Source of the DNA: a virus
Lineage: Duplodnaviria > Caudoviricetes
Direction: 5' to 3' (one strand)
IMG/VR virus record: IMGVR_UViG_3300030372_000386
Coordinates: 20,190 to 84,189 of that record
Length of the DNA stretch: 64,000 nucleotides
The first letter of the stretch is position 1; every line of letters begins with the position of its first letter. Positions 54,570-64,000 of the stretch are shown here, one piece after another. The notes below the pieces were generated by a model. The model saw only the letters and a list, made by a program, of their open reading frames with translations. It made no database searches and was not told the DNA's origin. The translations under genes were made by a program, and so were the position numbers.

Positions 54570-56089
54570 ATTGGATTCTCATTAAATTCTGGTAAGTCGT
54601 GGGATTCGGTCTGAGCGATAAACTCTGTAATGTACCAAACATTAACACCCTTACCTTTTATGTTAAAAAAGTGTGGACTACCCTCCATCTGTTTTAGTTT
54701 TGCTGTAAGTTTGTTTCTAGGATAATCTTTAAAATTATGCCTATGTAAATACTCCATAAGGTCAGCTAATCTAAAATATGTTTTACCATTCTCTGTCCAC
54801 GGTTTATGTAAAAGTATTTCATCCTTCTCTCTAGCAGGTCTTTCTGTACAAAAAGTTTCTAATAGCTCTAAGAAGTGTCCTTCTGTAGAAGATTCTTTAG
54901 GTACTTCAACTATCGTTAAACTATCTAATAGTTGCTGTATTATCTGTCTCCATACGTTTTCTTTTACTTTAGGAGGTATTTTATTTAAAGCGTCCATACA
55001 TTTACGCTGAAATCTGTTTTGGTTTAATAAATCATCTGTTTCTAATTCTAATCTCCCACCCTCAACATCTAAAAACCAGATAGGTGGATCACTATCTTGT
55101 TTAGTTAAATTACTAAATAATGGCGTTCCGCCGTTAGCCCCTATACCATGTTTTCTTGTTCTACATAATGGACTATTACAATGACTCGCTATAGGTTGGT
55201 CATTACATCTATAAAAATAATCTTTCCTTTTTAGTTGTTTAGTTACCGTAATAACTTCTTGTGCCCCCAATGGTGGTTGCATATATTGTAAGTTTACTTT
55301 CTCTAATCTTGTTTCCCACTCGTCTGGGTATTTTTTCCTTAAAAACACTCCAACGTTAAATAAACCTGAGTTCCTAGTTCCTTTAGGAAATCCCTGAACT
55401 ATTAAATGTTGTATACATGGAGGGGCTTGGTCTAGCCAATCTATGTTTTCCGCTAAAGGACTAGCCTCTAACTTTTCTATTTGCTCTACTGTTAGAGTTA
55501 TTTCTTTAACTCTTTCTATAAATTCTTCTGGACTTAGAGCTTGACCCTCAGTTCCATAACCATACCTAGTAGAACTCTCTCCCCCAAAGTAAGGCATATT
55601 TAATGTGCTACCTCTATCCCCCCTATCTAACAACAGCTGTGTTTGTTTAGGGAATATCTCCGCTTGACCGTAACCTATAGAAGCCGCTATCTGCCTTAAC
55701 TTTCTTTGTAATAAAGAGGCAGGCACGGGATCTTCTATGAACAAGTAAATATGGGCTCCTCCACTTTTACTACGACATACGATTAATGGTAATTTATGTT
55801 TAGATAATTTTTTAGATAATCCTTTTAAGTCTAAGGAGTACTCATCAACATCTATAGCACCCCAAACGCAAGCATTGTTCTCGTCGATTGGGACGAGCCC
55901 AATGCTTTGTTCACCTGACAGGTGATTTTCCCATAATTGTAAAACATCGTCTTCAGATAACTCTTTAGATATAGTAATGTTTTTACCACCTGCTTTTCCA
56001 TCTTCTCTCGATTCATTCGTAGCTGTAAAAGTTCCATATGCCTGCCGTAGTCCAGCGTAACGTGTAGCAAATTCCTCTGCTAACGACAT
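54566..56089 (-). CDS. Primase (AEP-like N-terminus, PriCT-like helical domain, Cys cluster)
   Basis: WGAIDVD, RSKSGGAHIY, EIFPKQ, LNMPYF, PPC...GTRNSGLF, CNDQPI..HC...LC. Confidence 0.82.
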   Translation of the reverse strand: MSLAEEFATRYAGLRQAYGTFTATNESREDGKAGGKNITISKELSEDDVLQLWENHLSGEQSIGLVPIDENNACVWGAIDVDEYSLDLKGLSKKLSKHKLPLIVCRSKSGGAHIYLFIEDPVPASLLQRKLRQIAASIGYGQAEIFPKQTQLLLDRGDRGSTLNMPYFGGESSTRYGYGTEGQALSPEEFIERVKEITLTVEQIEKLEASPLAENIDWLDQAPPCIQHLIVQGFPKGTRNSGLFNVGVFLRKKYPDEWETRLEKVNLQYMQPPLGAQEVITVTKQLKRKDYFYRCNDQPIASHCNSPLCRTRKHGIGANGGTPLFSNLTKQDSDPPIWFLDVEGGRLELETDDLLNQNRFQRKCMDALNKIPPKVKENVWRQIIQQLLDSLTIVEVPKESSTEGHFLELLETFCTERPAREKDEILLHKPWTENGKTYFRLADLMEYLHRHNFKDYPRNKLTAKLKQMEGSPHFFNIKGKGVNVWYITEFIAQTESHDLPEFNENPI

Positions 56090-56106
56090 ATGTTTTCTCC
56101 TTTATT

Positions 56107-56904
56107 TTAGAAGGGAGCATCTTCCTCGGAATCTGTAGGTATTTCTACTCCTCCGTCTCTTTGCTGCTCTTCTTTTACTTCTACCTCACCCGATCTAGCA
56201 GCGTTCATAAACTCTTTAGCTATATGCGCTGTTTCTACGTCGGTTGGACCCTCTTGATTTACAGTAAACCCGTTCCACGAACCTTTATCATTAGATTGTG
56301 ATAAAGTTCCTAACGTATATTTATACGCGAACATAGGAGCAGATACTGACTGACCTTTGCTAGTTTGAACTCTTGCCATTCTTAACATAGTCAACCACTT
56401 CCTAGAAGCACCTAACTGTGTGGATGTAAAAGCTACTACCGCTTGTTGTGGTGTAGGTTCTAAAACTAATATAAAGAACTGTGCCGTTTCTACTATTTCG
56501 TTACCGTTATCTAAATATAATCTACGGGACTCAGGATCTTTTGTACAAGATTTTAAAATAGAAGCACCATGGTCAGCGTTAACTAAACCACCACCCTTCT
56601 CTCTAGGAACCCACTCAATGTATTTTTTAACATACGCGCAAGGCACAACTGTGATGCCTTTCTCCCCGTCGTAGACTTCATTAGTCACTGTATTAACAAG
56701 CATGCCTGCTTGTGCATCTGGGTTATATCTTCCGTCTTGTTTATTAAGTTGTGGGGACATTTGCTGAAGAACCCTGATAAACGGGATCGCAAAATCCTCA
56801 GTTGTAGTTTCTTCTAATCCTGTACCACCCGATAATAAATCATCGTCAAAAGTAGCGATTGCTGTTTGTTTCGCCTCAGCTAGGCTTGTTTTATCTTCTG
56901 CCAT
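56107..56904 (-). CDS. Putative single-stranded DNA-binding protein
   Basis: IPFIRVLQ.MSPQ, YIEW.PR..GGG, acidic tail ending EEDAPF. Confidence 0.65.
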   Translation of the reverse strand: MAEDKTSLAEAKQTAIATFDDDLLSGGTGLEETTTEDFAIPFIRVLQQMSPQLNKQDGRYNPDAQAGMLVNTVTNEVYDGEKGITVVPCAYVKKYIEWVPREKGGGLVNADHGASILKSCTKDPESRRLYLDNGNEIVETAQFFILVLEPTPQQAVVAFTSTQLGASRKWLTMLRMARVQTSKGQSVSAPMFAYKYTLGTLSQSNDKGSWNGFTVNQEGPTDVETAHIAKEFMNAARSGEVEVKEEQQRDGGVEIPTDSEEDAPF

Positions 56905-56908
56905 AATA

Positions 56909-57484
56909 TTAATCCTTCTTAATAATAGCTTTGGAACCTATATAGATTCCAAATGGTTCTGTTGGAATATCCTTTCCAGATGTTAATTGCTCTTTAACAA
57001 AAGCTTTTAACGTACTTGGATGGACGGTTTGTTTTACCTCTGGTGATAGCCCCCTAGATTTAAGAGCCATAACAGTTTCATCAACTACTTGCCCCTCCTC
57101 TCTACCAAACTTTAACGAAACTTCATTTTTAATTAAACCTTCGTGTCCGTTTTCGACTAACCATTGGTAAGCGAGCTCTTGATTAGCTTTAGATATATGA
57201 GCGTTATAAAACTCAGTAACAGATATTTTTTCACCTGTACTAAGAACTATCTCTGTAAGCCCTGCGGTTTGCATAGCCTCAGGTAACTCTTGTTCTGAAG
57301 TTAATCTAAACTCTTCTTTTTTAGCTTTTACAGCTTCTTCTAACTCTGAAAGTTCTTGAGCTAGTTGTAACTGTTTATTAGCTAACGTAGATACTAATGA
57401 AAGCTCTCCGTCATTAAGGTCGTTAAAAGTCTCGACTGTGTCTTGACCAGTAAGTTCCTCAAACGTTGGGTTTTCTTTATTCAT
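56909..57484 (-). CDS. Replication-module protein (coiled coil; Gp157/Gam-like)
   Basis: LPEAMQTAGL..I.L..G, WLVENGHEGLIK, VHPSTLKAFVKE. Confidence 0.6.
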   Translation of the reverse strand: MNKENPTFEELTGQDTVETFNDLNDGELSLVSTLANKQLQLAQELSELEEAVKAKKEEFRLTSEQELPEAMQTAGLTEIVLSTGEKISVTEFYNAHISKANQELAYQWLVENGHEGLIKNEVSLKFGREEGQVVDETVMALKSRGLSPEVKQTVHPSTLKAFVKEQLTSGKDIPTEPFGIYIGSKAIIKKD

Positions 57485-57801
57485 AATTCTCCTTTCTGAT
57501 GTAGGTCGATATCGACAGGATAGTACACGCCTTCCTGTCTATCCCATTTAAGAATACTATAACGACCTCGATTAATAAATGCAGCTATAGAACACGCGAC
57601 TCCAATAGCTGCGGGATCTCCGATCAATAATAAGTAATCACCTTCTTTATAGTCCTGAAGTATTCTCTTCATTCTTCTAACTGAAGGTGCTGCACTTAAC
57701 ATGATATTAGTTTGCGGAGGTAACAAAACTTCAAAATCACCATACTGTCTAGCAGATGCGATATTCCGCCCCGATACTTCTTGAACAACATATACCGTCA
57801 T
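57481..57801 (-). CDS. Hypothetical protein (first gene of the replication operon)
   Basis: VYVVQE...GDYLLLIGDPAAI...LKWDRQ...Y. Confidence 0.65.
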   Translation of the reverse strand: MTVYVVQEVSGRNIASARQYGDFEVLLPPQTNIMLSAAPSVRRMKRILQDYKEGDYLLLIGDPAAIGVACSIAAFINRGRYSILKWDRQEGVYYPVDIDLHQKGEL

Positions 57802-57830
57802 TTTTCTCCTTTCTAATTTCTACAGGTTTT

Positions 57831-57860
57831 AAGATACTATCCTAATACGGCAAAGTAAAG
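57831..57860 (-). promoter_or_regulatory. Promoter for the replication operon
   Basis: TTTACT-17 nt-TATCTT. Confidence 0.65.
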
Positions 57861-57884
57861 TGATATTACTTATATGTATTTTAG

Positions 57885-58100
57885 GAAATAAAAATTTTAC
57901 ATCTAAAACTTTTTTAAAACTACTAATAGAAGTAATAATCTAATAGATTTTTTATCGAACGCAGTAAAACAGAGGATTTGAATTTATTAGATTTATCTAA
58001 AAATCTATTATAAATATTATTTATGAGAGGGCATGAAGGATAAATTTACGTTTGGACTATTAATATTCTCTAAAATATATACTATATCCTATTAGAAATA
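57885..58100. other. Very AT-rich divergent intergenic region with TAATAG motifs; candidate origin/regulatory hub
   Basis: CTAATAG at 57923 and 57940, reverse-complement copies at 57984 and 58089; shares elements with 37345-37594. Confidence 0.5.
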
Positions 58101-58113
58101 AGAAAGTTTCCAC

Positions 58114-59556
58114 ATGAAATATAAATTTAAAACGGAGCCATATGAGCATCAGCTTGAGGCGTTGAAACGATCCTGGGATAAACAAGAGTTTGCCTATTTT
58201 ATGGAAATGGGGACAGGTAAATCTAAAGTACTTGTTGATAACATAGCTGTGCTCTACGACAGAGGAGCTATCAATGCGGCTGTTATAATCGCACCTAAAG
58301 GCGTATATAAGAACTGGTCAGAACGTGAAATACCAACACACATGCCCGAACATATAATAAGGCGTATAGGCGTATGGAATCCTGCACCAAATAAAAAAGA
58401 AAAACTACAGCTTACAAAGTTGTTTGAAGTCACAGACGATTTAAAGATATTAGTTATTAATGTAGAAGCTTTTAGTACTAAGAAAGGTGTGGCGTTCGTA
58501 GATAAGTTTTTACTAACCCACAACGCCATGATGGCAGTCGATGAATCTACCACAATAAAAAACCCGAAAGCACAACGGACAAAGAACCTCGTTAAGTTGG
58601 CATTACAAAGTAAATACAGACGCATATTAACAGGTTTTCCTGTTACTCAATCACCACTAGACTTATATAGTCAATCAGAGTTTTTATGCTCTCAGTTGTT
58701 AGGGTATTCATCATTTTATACGTTTCAAAATCATTACGCGAAAGTAATAAATAGAAGCATGGGGCAAAGAACTTTTAGACAAGTAGTTGGTTATCAAAAC
58801 TTAGATGAATTATCTGATAAAGTAAACCAGTTTTCTTATAGAGTTTTGAAAAAAGATTGTTTAGACCTTCCAGATAAAGTTTACCAAAAAAGAGAAGTAG
58901 AACTTACTCCTGAACAAAAGAAAGTATATAACCAAATAAAAGATTATGCGATAGCAGAACTTGAATCGAATGAAATAGTTAGTGTTAGCTCGGTTCTAAC
59001 TCAAATATTAAGATTACACCAAGTTACCTGTGGTTTTGTAAAACACGATGAAGGTGAAGAAATAGAAATTAAAAACAATCGATTAGAGGAATTATTAAAA
59101 GTATTAGAAGAAATACAAGGTAAAACAATTATATGGGCTAATTATCAATACGATATAAAAAGGATTTTAAAAACATTGCACGATATTGTAGGAGTTGATG
59201 CAGTAGCTACGTATTACGGAGGAACACCTGAAGAAGAACGTCAATCCATCATTGATAGGTTTCAAGATCCCAACTCTAGATTACAGTATCTAATAAGTAA
59301 TACTCAAACAGGTGGGTATGGAATCACCCTACACCAAGCAAGTAACGTTGTTTATTACAGTAATAATTATGATTTAGAAAAACGATTACAATCAGAAGAT
59401 AGGGCTCATCGTATAGGACAAGTTAATAAAGTAACTTATATTGATTTAATATCGAAAGATACTGTAGATGAAAAAATTGTAAAAGCTTTGCGCAATAAGC
59501 TCAACCTAGCACAAGAGGTGTTAGGTGATGATAAATGGAAGGATTGGATTGGTTAA
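58114..59556 (+). CDS. SNF2-family SF2 helicase
   Basis: FMEMGTGKS, VDEST, LTGFP...SPLDLYSQ, GGYGITL, YDLEKRLQSEDRAHRIGQ. Confidence 0.93.
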   Translation: MKYKFKTEPYEHQLEALKRSWDKQEFAYFMEMGTGKSKVLVDNIAVLYDRGAINAAVIIAPKGVYKNWSEREIPTHMPEHIIRRIGVWNPAPNKKEKLQLTKLFEVTDDLKILVINVEAFSTKKGVAFVDKFLLTHNAMMAVDESTTIKNPKAQRTKNLVKLALQSKYRRILTGFPVTQSPLDLYSQSEFLCSQLLGYSSFYTFQNHYAKVINRSMGQRTFRQVVGYQNLDELSDKVNQFSYRVLKKDCLDLPDKVYQKREVELTPEQKKVYNQIKDYAIAELESNEIVSVSSVLTQILRLHQVTCGFVKHDEGEEIEIKNNRLEELLKVLEEIQGKTIIWANYQYDIKRILKTLHDIVGVDAVATYYGGTPEEERQSIIDRFQDPNSRLQYLISNTQTGGYGITLHQASNVVYYSNNYDLEKRLQSEDRAHRIGQVNKVTYIDLISKDTVDEKIVKALRNKLNLAQEVLGDDKWKDWIG

Positions 59557-60026
59557 GACCTAAAATTTTCTAATTCCTTCATAGCTTCTTCCGCGCTCAT
59601 AATACCGCCGCCATCAGCCATAAAACCCATTTTGTTTCTTACGTCTTCAGGTAACTTACCTAGCCCTTTATTATCTTCAGGAACAGGTTTTAACGCTTTA
59701 CCTTCTGCCGCTCTTTGAGGTTCACGGGAAGCGGCTTCTAACATAGATTTAGCGTCGTCTAATAACATCAAAGCTTGTTGTACATCACCCCCTGTTCTAC
59801 CTACTACAGCTTCTGCTAATGCTCCTGCATCTTGTTGCATAGACATACCACTGTCCTCGGGCATCGTTCTATCCATACCTGAACCTAACATAGCCTCATT
59901 ACCCATAAGTGCTGCCATAGCTTCCATGGCTTCTGGAGGTGCCTCTCTTTTAGCATTTGGGTTACCCATAGGTACATCTGCTCTTTTACCCATCATCATT
60001 ATTTCTTCTGTTGGTTTCATCGCCAT
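59553..60026 (-). CDS. Met/Gly-rich putative internal virion protein (second set)
   Basis: GLGKLPEDVRNKMGFMADGGG; last gene of a - strand operon. Confidence 0.55.
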   Translation of the reverse strand: MAMKPTEEIMMMGKRADVPMGNPNAKREAPPEAMEAMAALMGNEAMLGSGMDRTMPEDSGMSMQQDAGALAEAVVGRTGGDVQQALMLLDDAKSMLEAASREPQRAAEGKALKPVPEDNKGLGKLPEDVRNKMGFMADGGGIMSAEEAMKELENFRS

Positions 60027-60028
60027 AT

Positions 60029-61009
60029 TTATCTCCTTGGTCTAAACGACTGCGCGAATAGTTGTGTTAGTTTATCGTTTTGTTGCATCGGGGGCAAGCC
60101 TGCTAATCCCATATTCATAGGACTATTCGGTAATTTCATAGCTCCTCCACCTCTCATAGACATAAACCCTAAATTAGTTTGAGGTTCTTCTCCTGGTCTA
60201 CTGCCAAACTCTGCTGCGGACATCGGTCGCACAAAAGTTGTTTGCTGTTGTGGAGGTGCAGGATTATATACTGCGTTTTGTAATGCAGAATTATAAGCCT
60301 GTCTTTGTTGTGTAATTAAATTACTTATGGGTGAATTAATCGGTGCAGGTCGACCGCTCACATCTGGCAATCTTACAGGGGGTGAAAATACACCAGGAGG
60401 TTGATTAGGATCATACGCAGGAATATTATCACGTCCTGTACTTGGTAATGATCCAACACCCCCTATAATAGGTAAATCTAATTCGTTAGCTCTACCTATA
60501 GCCCTTTCGTCATCACTATTTAATAAACCAAGTAATCCTGCGGCTAATTCTTCATTAGTTAAAGTTGGTGTATTGAAAGCTATCGGTGCTGCTGCTGGAG
60601 TAGTCACTGCTGGAGTAGTCACTGCTGGAGTAGTCACTGCTGGAGAAGTTTCTACTGGAAGAGCTTGTGTTATAGTTTCTTTAAAATCAATAAGATCAGG
60701 AGCTGTGGGTTCTGCGAACGTAGGAAAATCTCTATCGGAAACAGCTTCTATAGCTTTATCTTGTGGCATCATTGTACCTAAAACTTGTTCTACTACAGGA
60801 GGAAGAGAACCAATACCAGATTCGAAATCTGTTATTTGGTCAATCACGTTTTCAGCTACGTCTTTTTCGAATTCATTTGTTGAATTAGATAAATCTTGTT
60901 CTGCTAAATATTTAGCAACTTGTGACGCAATACCTGCGTTTATGTCTTCCAGATCAATATTTGGAAGAGCAAAGTTTCCTATATTTATACCACCAAATCC
61001 TGGACCCAT
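60029..61009 (-). CDS. Pro-rich putative internal virion protein (second set)
   Basis: GIGSLP, MRGGG motif; low complexity. Confidence 0.55.
   Translation of the reverse strand: MGPGFGGINIGNFALPNIDLEDINAGIASQVAKYLAEQDLSNSTNEFEKDVAENVIDQITDFESGIGSLPPVVEQVLGTMMPQDKAIEAVSDRDFPTFAEPTAPDLIDFKETITQALPVETSPAVTTPAVTTPAVTTPAAAPIAFNTPTLTNEELAAGLLGLLNSDDERAIGRANELDLPIIGGVGSLPSTGRDNIPAYDPNQPPGVFSPPVRLPDVSGRPAPINSPISNLITQQRQAYNSALQNAVYNPAPPQQQTTFVRPMSAAEFGSRPGEEPQTNLGFMSMRGGGAMKLPNSPMNMGLAGLPPMQQNDKLTQLFAQSFRPRR
60592..60645. repeat. 15-bp tandem repeat x3.6 encoding (VTTPA)n
   Basis: ctgctggagtagtca at 60592, 60607, 60622, plus a partial copy. Confidence 0.9.
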
Positions 61010-64000
61010 TAGTTGTATGCTCCTATTGTTCTCTGTAATCTTTCAATATCTTGTATCATTTCTGTTGTCAATGTTTCTCTAGCTGTTGGTGTTTGTCTTT
61101 TTTCTACTGTATCGTAAAATCTAGCTGTGCTACCAATATCTTCATAATGTAATATACCATAATCAGCCAATATTTTTGCAATATTTCCTGCTTTTTTAGT
61201 GTCTTTTATACCATCAGCATAAGCTTTAAATAAGTTGTCATCAGTAAGAACTTTACTTAAAAATTTAATATTACGGTCTGTAACAAGATTTTCTAAGGCT
61301 GTAGTTCTTCTACCAAACTGTGTCAGAGGTGGTATGAAAAATCTTCTAAGATACTCTGTTCCAGGATCAGACACTGCTTCTCTTATTTGTTGTCTTAATG
61401 GAGCCGCGCTTGTTAAATCTTGTGTAAGCCTCATGCCGACATCTCTCATAACATCAAGATTAGTAAAAAAATCATCTGGATTATCGATCAACCTACCCAT
61501 TACTCCTTTAAAACTTAAATCATCACCAACTAATTGTGCAGGAGCAAACCCCTCGTTCATAAATTGGTTTAATCTATTAACGTCAAATTTACCGTCTATT
61601 GATGATCTTAATAAAATATATTTTTTAGTTGCATCACTTATTTGTTTTTGTAGTATTTCTTTTTCGGCTCCTGTTGCTGATTCAAGTAAGTCATCTATAA
61701 AATTTAAATCATCGATTAATTCACCGCTTGCCTTTCTAGTTCCTCCTGTTCCTAATATTTCAGTTACTATATTAAAGGGGCTATCTTCTCCAAATTTAGC
61801 AGTAAGTAATCTATTCTTTCTATCTAAACGTTCTAACGGTTCAGTTATATTTTTAGCAAAATCTTGTCTAGTTCGTAATATCCCTTTAAATTCATCTTCG
61901 GGAAAAATAGATCTTAGTGTTGCTTCGTTTTCATCTAAAAAAGTTCTATAGTTTTTACTAAGTTCTACAGGGGATAAATCAGGGTCGTCAAAAAAGTTTC
62001 GTTTTATAAATTCAATAGTGTCGTTTCTAATCCTTCTTATCTCACTGTTACTGTTTGTGGTTTGTAAAAAATCAATAAGACTATTAGCTCTAGTATTTAC
62101 TGTTTTACCTTTTCCTCCTGCAAATAAATATCCAACAACCTCTTCAGGATTTGTTCGTAATAAATCTGTTATAGCACGATTGTTTGCTAATTCGGTACCA
62201 TATTTTTGTACGTTTAATGTTTCAATAACATAATCTGCTTGGTCTTTAGGAAGATTTTTTCTTATCGTACTAAACATAGTATTTTCAATAGACTCTTGTA
62301 AATCACGACTAAGTTGGAAAACTTTTTGTTGTCCGACACTTTTTCCTGGTTCTAATGTGCTAGCGAATGAATTAATCTGTGTACGAATATCGTTTAATTC
62401 TCTTATCGTTAAATCTCCGTCTTTATATCTTGTAAGTCTTTCTAAAATTTGTGGCTCGAATAATTCATTAAAATTTTTATCTATTTCTTTACGACCTACA
62501 TTTAAACCTGTTGTTTGTTTACCTGCGTCTTCGAAAGCTTTTATTTGATTTCTAAAACCTCTACCTGTAAATTTTAAATTAGCTAATTCAGGTAAATCGA
62601 ACGCCGTATTAACATCGTTAGCTAGTTGTTCTTTATAATTACGAGATATTTGGTTTAAACGGGTTGTGGTTCTAGGTATTAGTTTAGAAGAGGCTTGTAT
62701 ATCAACAACTTCATCTAATAAATTTTTACCTTGAGAAGCTGACCTCATGTTATCTATGTTTTCTTTAATAGTTGACATGATAACAAGACCTTGATCTTGT
62801 AAATTTTTAGATTTCCTTCCAAATAAATTAGTGAGAGATTTAGCTACGGTATTCCCTGTCGTATCATTAGCTAAGTCTTTGAAAATACCGTCAAATAAAT
62901 CTTGTATTAATTGTTCGTTACCGTCTAACATTTCTTTATATAAAATGCCGTATTCAGGATTGTTTATATTTGTCATTAAAATATTTTCTAAATCAGCAAT
63001 ATAAGAATCTTTTGTGGCTTGCGCTAAAGTAGGATTAAATTTTAATTCTTTACCTATTTCAGAAGAGAGTTTTTCTAAAGCTTCATCGATATCAAGGAGA
63101 CTTGTAGGCTCCTCACCTGTTCTTGTTCTTACTGTTTTACCTTGAGCACTAGCTTGTTTAGCCTCTATAGCTTCTTCTATCTTTTTTATATCGGTAGCAG
63201 ATAAATCTCTACCAGTGATTCCTCTATATAATTTAGGGAACCCACTTGTAAATGCAGATATTGCTGTATTCCCTGCAAAAGCTAACATGGCTACATATCC
63301 TGATTCTTCTAACATATTGGTTATATCTCTATTATGTACACCTGTTAAAGAACCACTTAATAATTGTAAAAATCTTGTTGTTGCAGCTCCTCCTGAAAGT
63401 AAGAGATTTCCTGCCGTTCCTTCAAAAGCTTTACCTGCCAATCCTTTACCAGTAGGAGCGTCTTTTAAAAATTCATCAAAATATTTTAACCCTTTACCAC
63501 CGATCAATACTTCTGCACCGATGACAGGTGCTTCTTGAACAAATAACTCTAATGCATCTGTTCCTGTAATTAAAGGTGAATCATATAACACAGGTTCTTT
63601 TCCTTCTTCTACGTAAACAATGCCGAGATCAGGATTAGCTGGATTTAAATACGCAAATTTTCCAGGAAGACGTTCAGCATAGGCACCTCTAGTTTCGGGA
63701 TTTTCTATACGGCTCGAGTAATCAGTTCCTAAATACTGTTTTGCATAATTTAAATCTTCAGGGGTTAGATTGTACGGACCACGAGCCGCCATTCTCCTTC
63801 TGAATGAAGAGATTCCCTCTATGTCAAGTTCTTTACGAGGATCAAACCCACGAGCGGCTATTTGCATAGCGTTATCGTACCCCATAGGTTTCATGGGAGG
63901 CTCGGGTTCTAAAAAACTCTCTGGTAAATTACCTCTTAGATACGCAGTCTCTCTAGTGCGCCTGTCTGCTTCTTTATCATAGCGTTGAGCTCTAGCAGTG
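61009..64000 (-). CDS. Large internal virion protein (second set), 5' truncated by window edge
   Basis: The frame is open upstream of the ATG at 63894 to the window end; helical, with a Gly/Ala-rich hydrophobic segment. Confidence 0.65.
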   Translation of the reverse strand, partial: TARAQRYDKEADRRTRETAYLRGNLPESFLEPEPPMKPMGYDNAMQIAARGFDPRKELDIEGISSFRRRMAARGPYNLTPEDLNYAKQYLGTDYSSRIENPETRGAYAERLPGKFAYLNPANPDLGIVYVEEGKEPVLYDSPLITGTDALELFVQEAPVIGAEVLIGGKGLKYFDEFLKDAPTGKGLAGKAFEGTAGNLLLSGGAATTRFLQLLSGSLTGVHNRDITNMLEESGYVAMLAFAGNTAISAFTSGFPKLYRGITGRDLSATDIKKIEEAIEAKQASAQGKTVRTRTGEEPTSLLDIDEALEKLSSEIGKELKFNPTLAQATKDSYIADLENILMTNINNPEYGILYKEMLDGNEQLIQDLFDGIFKDLANDTTGNTVAKSLTNLFGRKSKNLQDQGLVIMSTIKENIDNMRSASQGKNLLDEVVDIQASSKLIPRTTTRLNQISRNYKEQLANDVNTAFDLPELANLKFTGRGFRNQIKAFEDAGKQTTGLNVGRKEIDKNFNELFEPQILERLTRYKDGDLTIRELNDIRTQINSFASTLEPGKSVGQQKVFQLSRDLQESIENTMFSTIRKNLPKDQADYVIETLNVQKYGTELANNRAITDLLRTNPEEVVGYLFAGGKGKTVNTRANSLIDFLQTTNSNSEIRRIRNDTIEFIKRNFFDDPDLSPVELSKNYRTFLDENEATLRSIFPEDEFKGILRTRQDFAKNITEPLERLDRKNRLLTAKFGEDSPFNIVTEILGTGGTRKASGELIDDLNFIDDLLESATGAEKEILQKQISDATKKYILLRSSIDGKFDVNRLNQFMNEGFAPAQLVGDDLSFKGVMGRLIDNPDDFFTNLDVMRDVGMRLTQDLTSAAPLRQQIREAVSDPGTEYLRRFFIPPLTQFGRRTTALENLVTDRNIKFLSKVLTDDNLFKAYADGIKDTKKAGNIAKILADYGILHYEDIGSTARFYDTVEKRQTPTARETLTTEMIQDIERLQRTIGAYN

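Noticed and set aside
1232-63982. Many 60-240 aa ORFs antisense to long genes (e.g. 4948..5151, 5446..5778, 6787..7254, 13299..13670, 20531..20995, 60573..61082, 61235..61951)
   Set aside because: They are shadows of well-supported genes on the other strand, with no RBS or recognisable motifs.
1-64000. Prophage(s) in a bacterial chromosome, or a T7-like phage with its own RNA polymerase
   Set aside because: No host genes, integrase, att-associated tRNA or single-subunit RNAP in the window.
59553-64000. Right end as a circular permutation or terminal repeat of the left end
   Set aside because: The right-hand internal proteins differ in number, size and sequence from those at 3.9-12.5 kb, and abut SNF2 instead of the exonuclease.

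Overview
The whole window is lytic tailed-phage DNA, with no host genes, integrase, tRNA or CRISPR array. Its gene content resembles marine PolA-encoding podophages (uvMED / HTVC023P-like organisation; this assignment is inferred from protein motifs, not from a search). From left to right: (i) the end of a + strand replication module (UvrD, PolA, RHH-like protein, exonuclease; 1-3.9 kb); (ii) a complete - strand virion module (TerL, portal, GroES, scaffold, major capsid, neck proteins, S74-chaperoned tail fibre, lysozyme, basic mini-proteins, holin, internal proteins; 3.9-35.9 kb); (iii) a low-complexity, terminus-like region and TerS (35.9-37.3 kb); (iv) a promoter-cassette early region (37.6-46 kb); (v) a second replication module (PolA, UvrD, AlkB, primase, SSB-like; 46.9-57.8 kb); (vi) a SNF2 helicase and a second, different set of internal virion proteins (58-64 kb). 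The best candidate for an undescribed system is a thymidine-modification cassette with its own promoter, lying between UvrD and PolA of the second module: a dUMP hydroxymethylase, an Nmad1/MazG-like NTP hydrolase, an aGPT-Pplase1/5-hmdU-kinase-family protein and a class I SAM methyltransferase, with no recognisable amino acid:DNA transferase. Other notable signals: duplicated replication and internal-protein modules (two fused genomes or an assembly chimera), an amicyanin-type cupredoxin domain copied into two neck genes, six coupled protamine-like mini-genes, and an inverted 24-bp repeat bracketing the 20-kb early/replication block.
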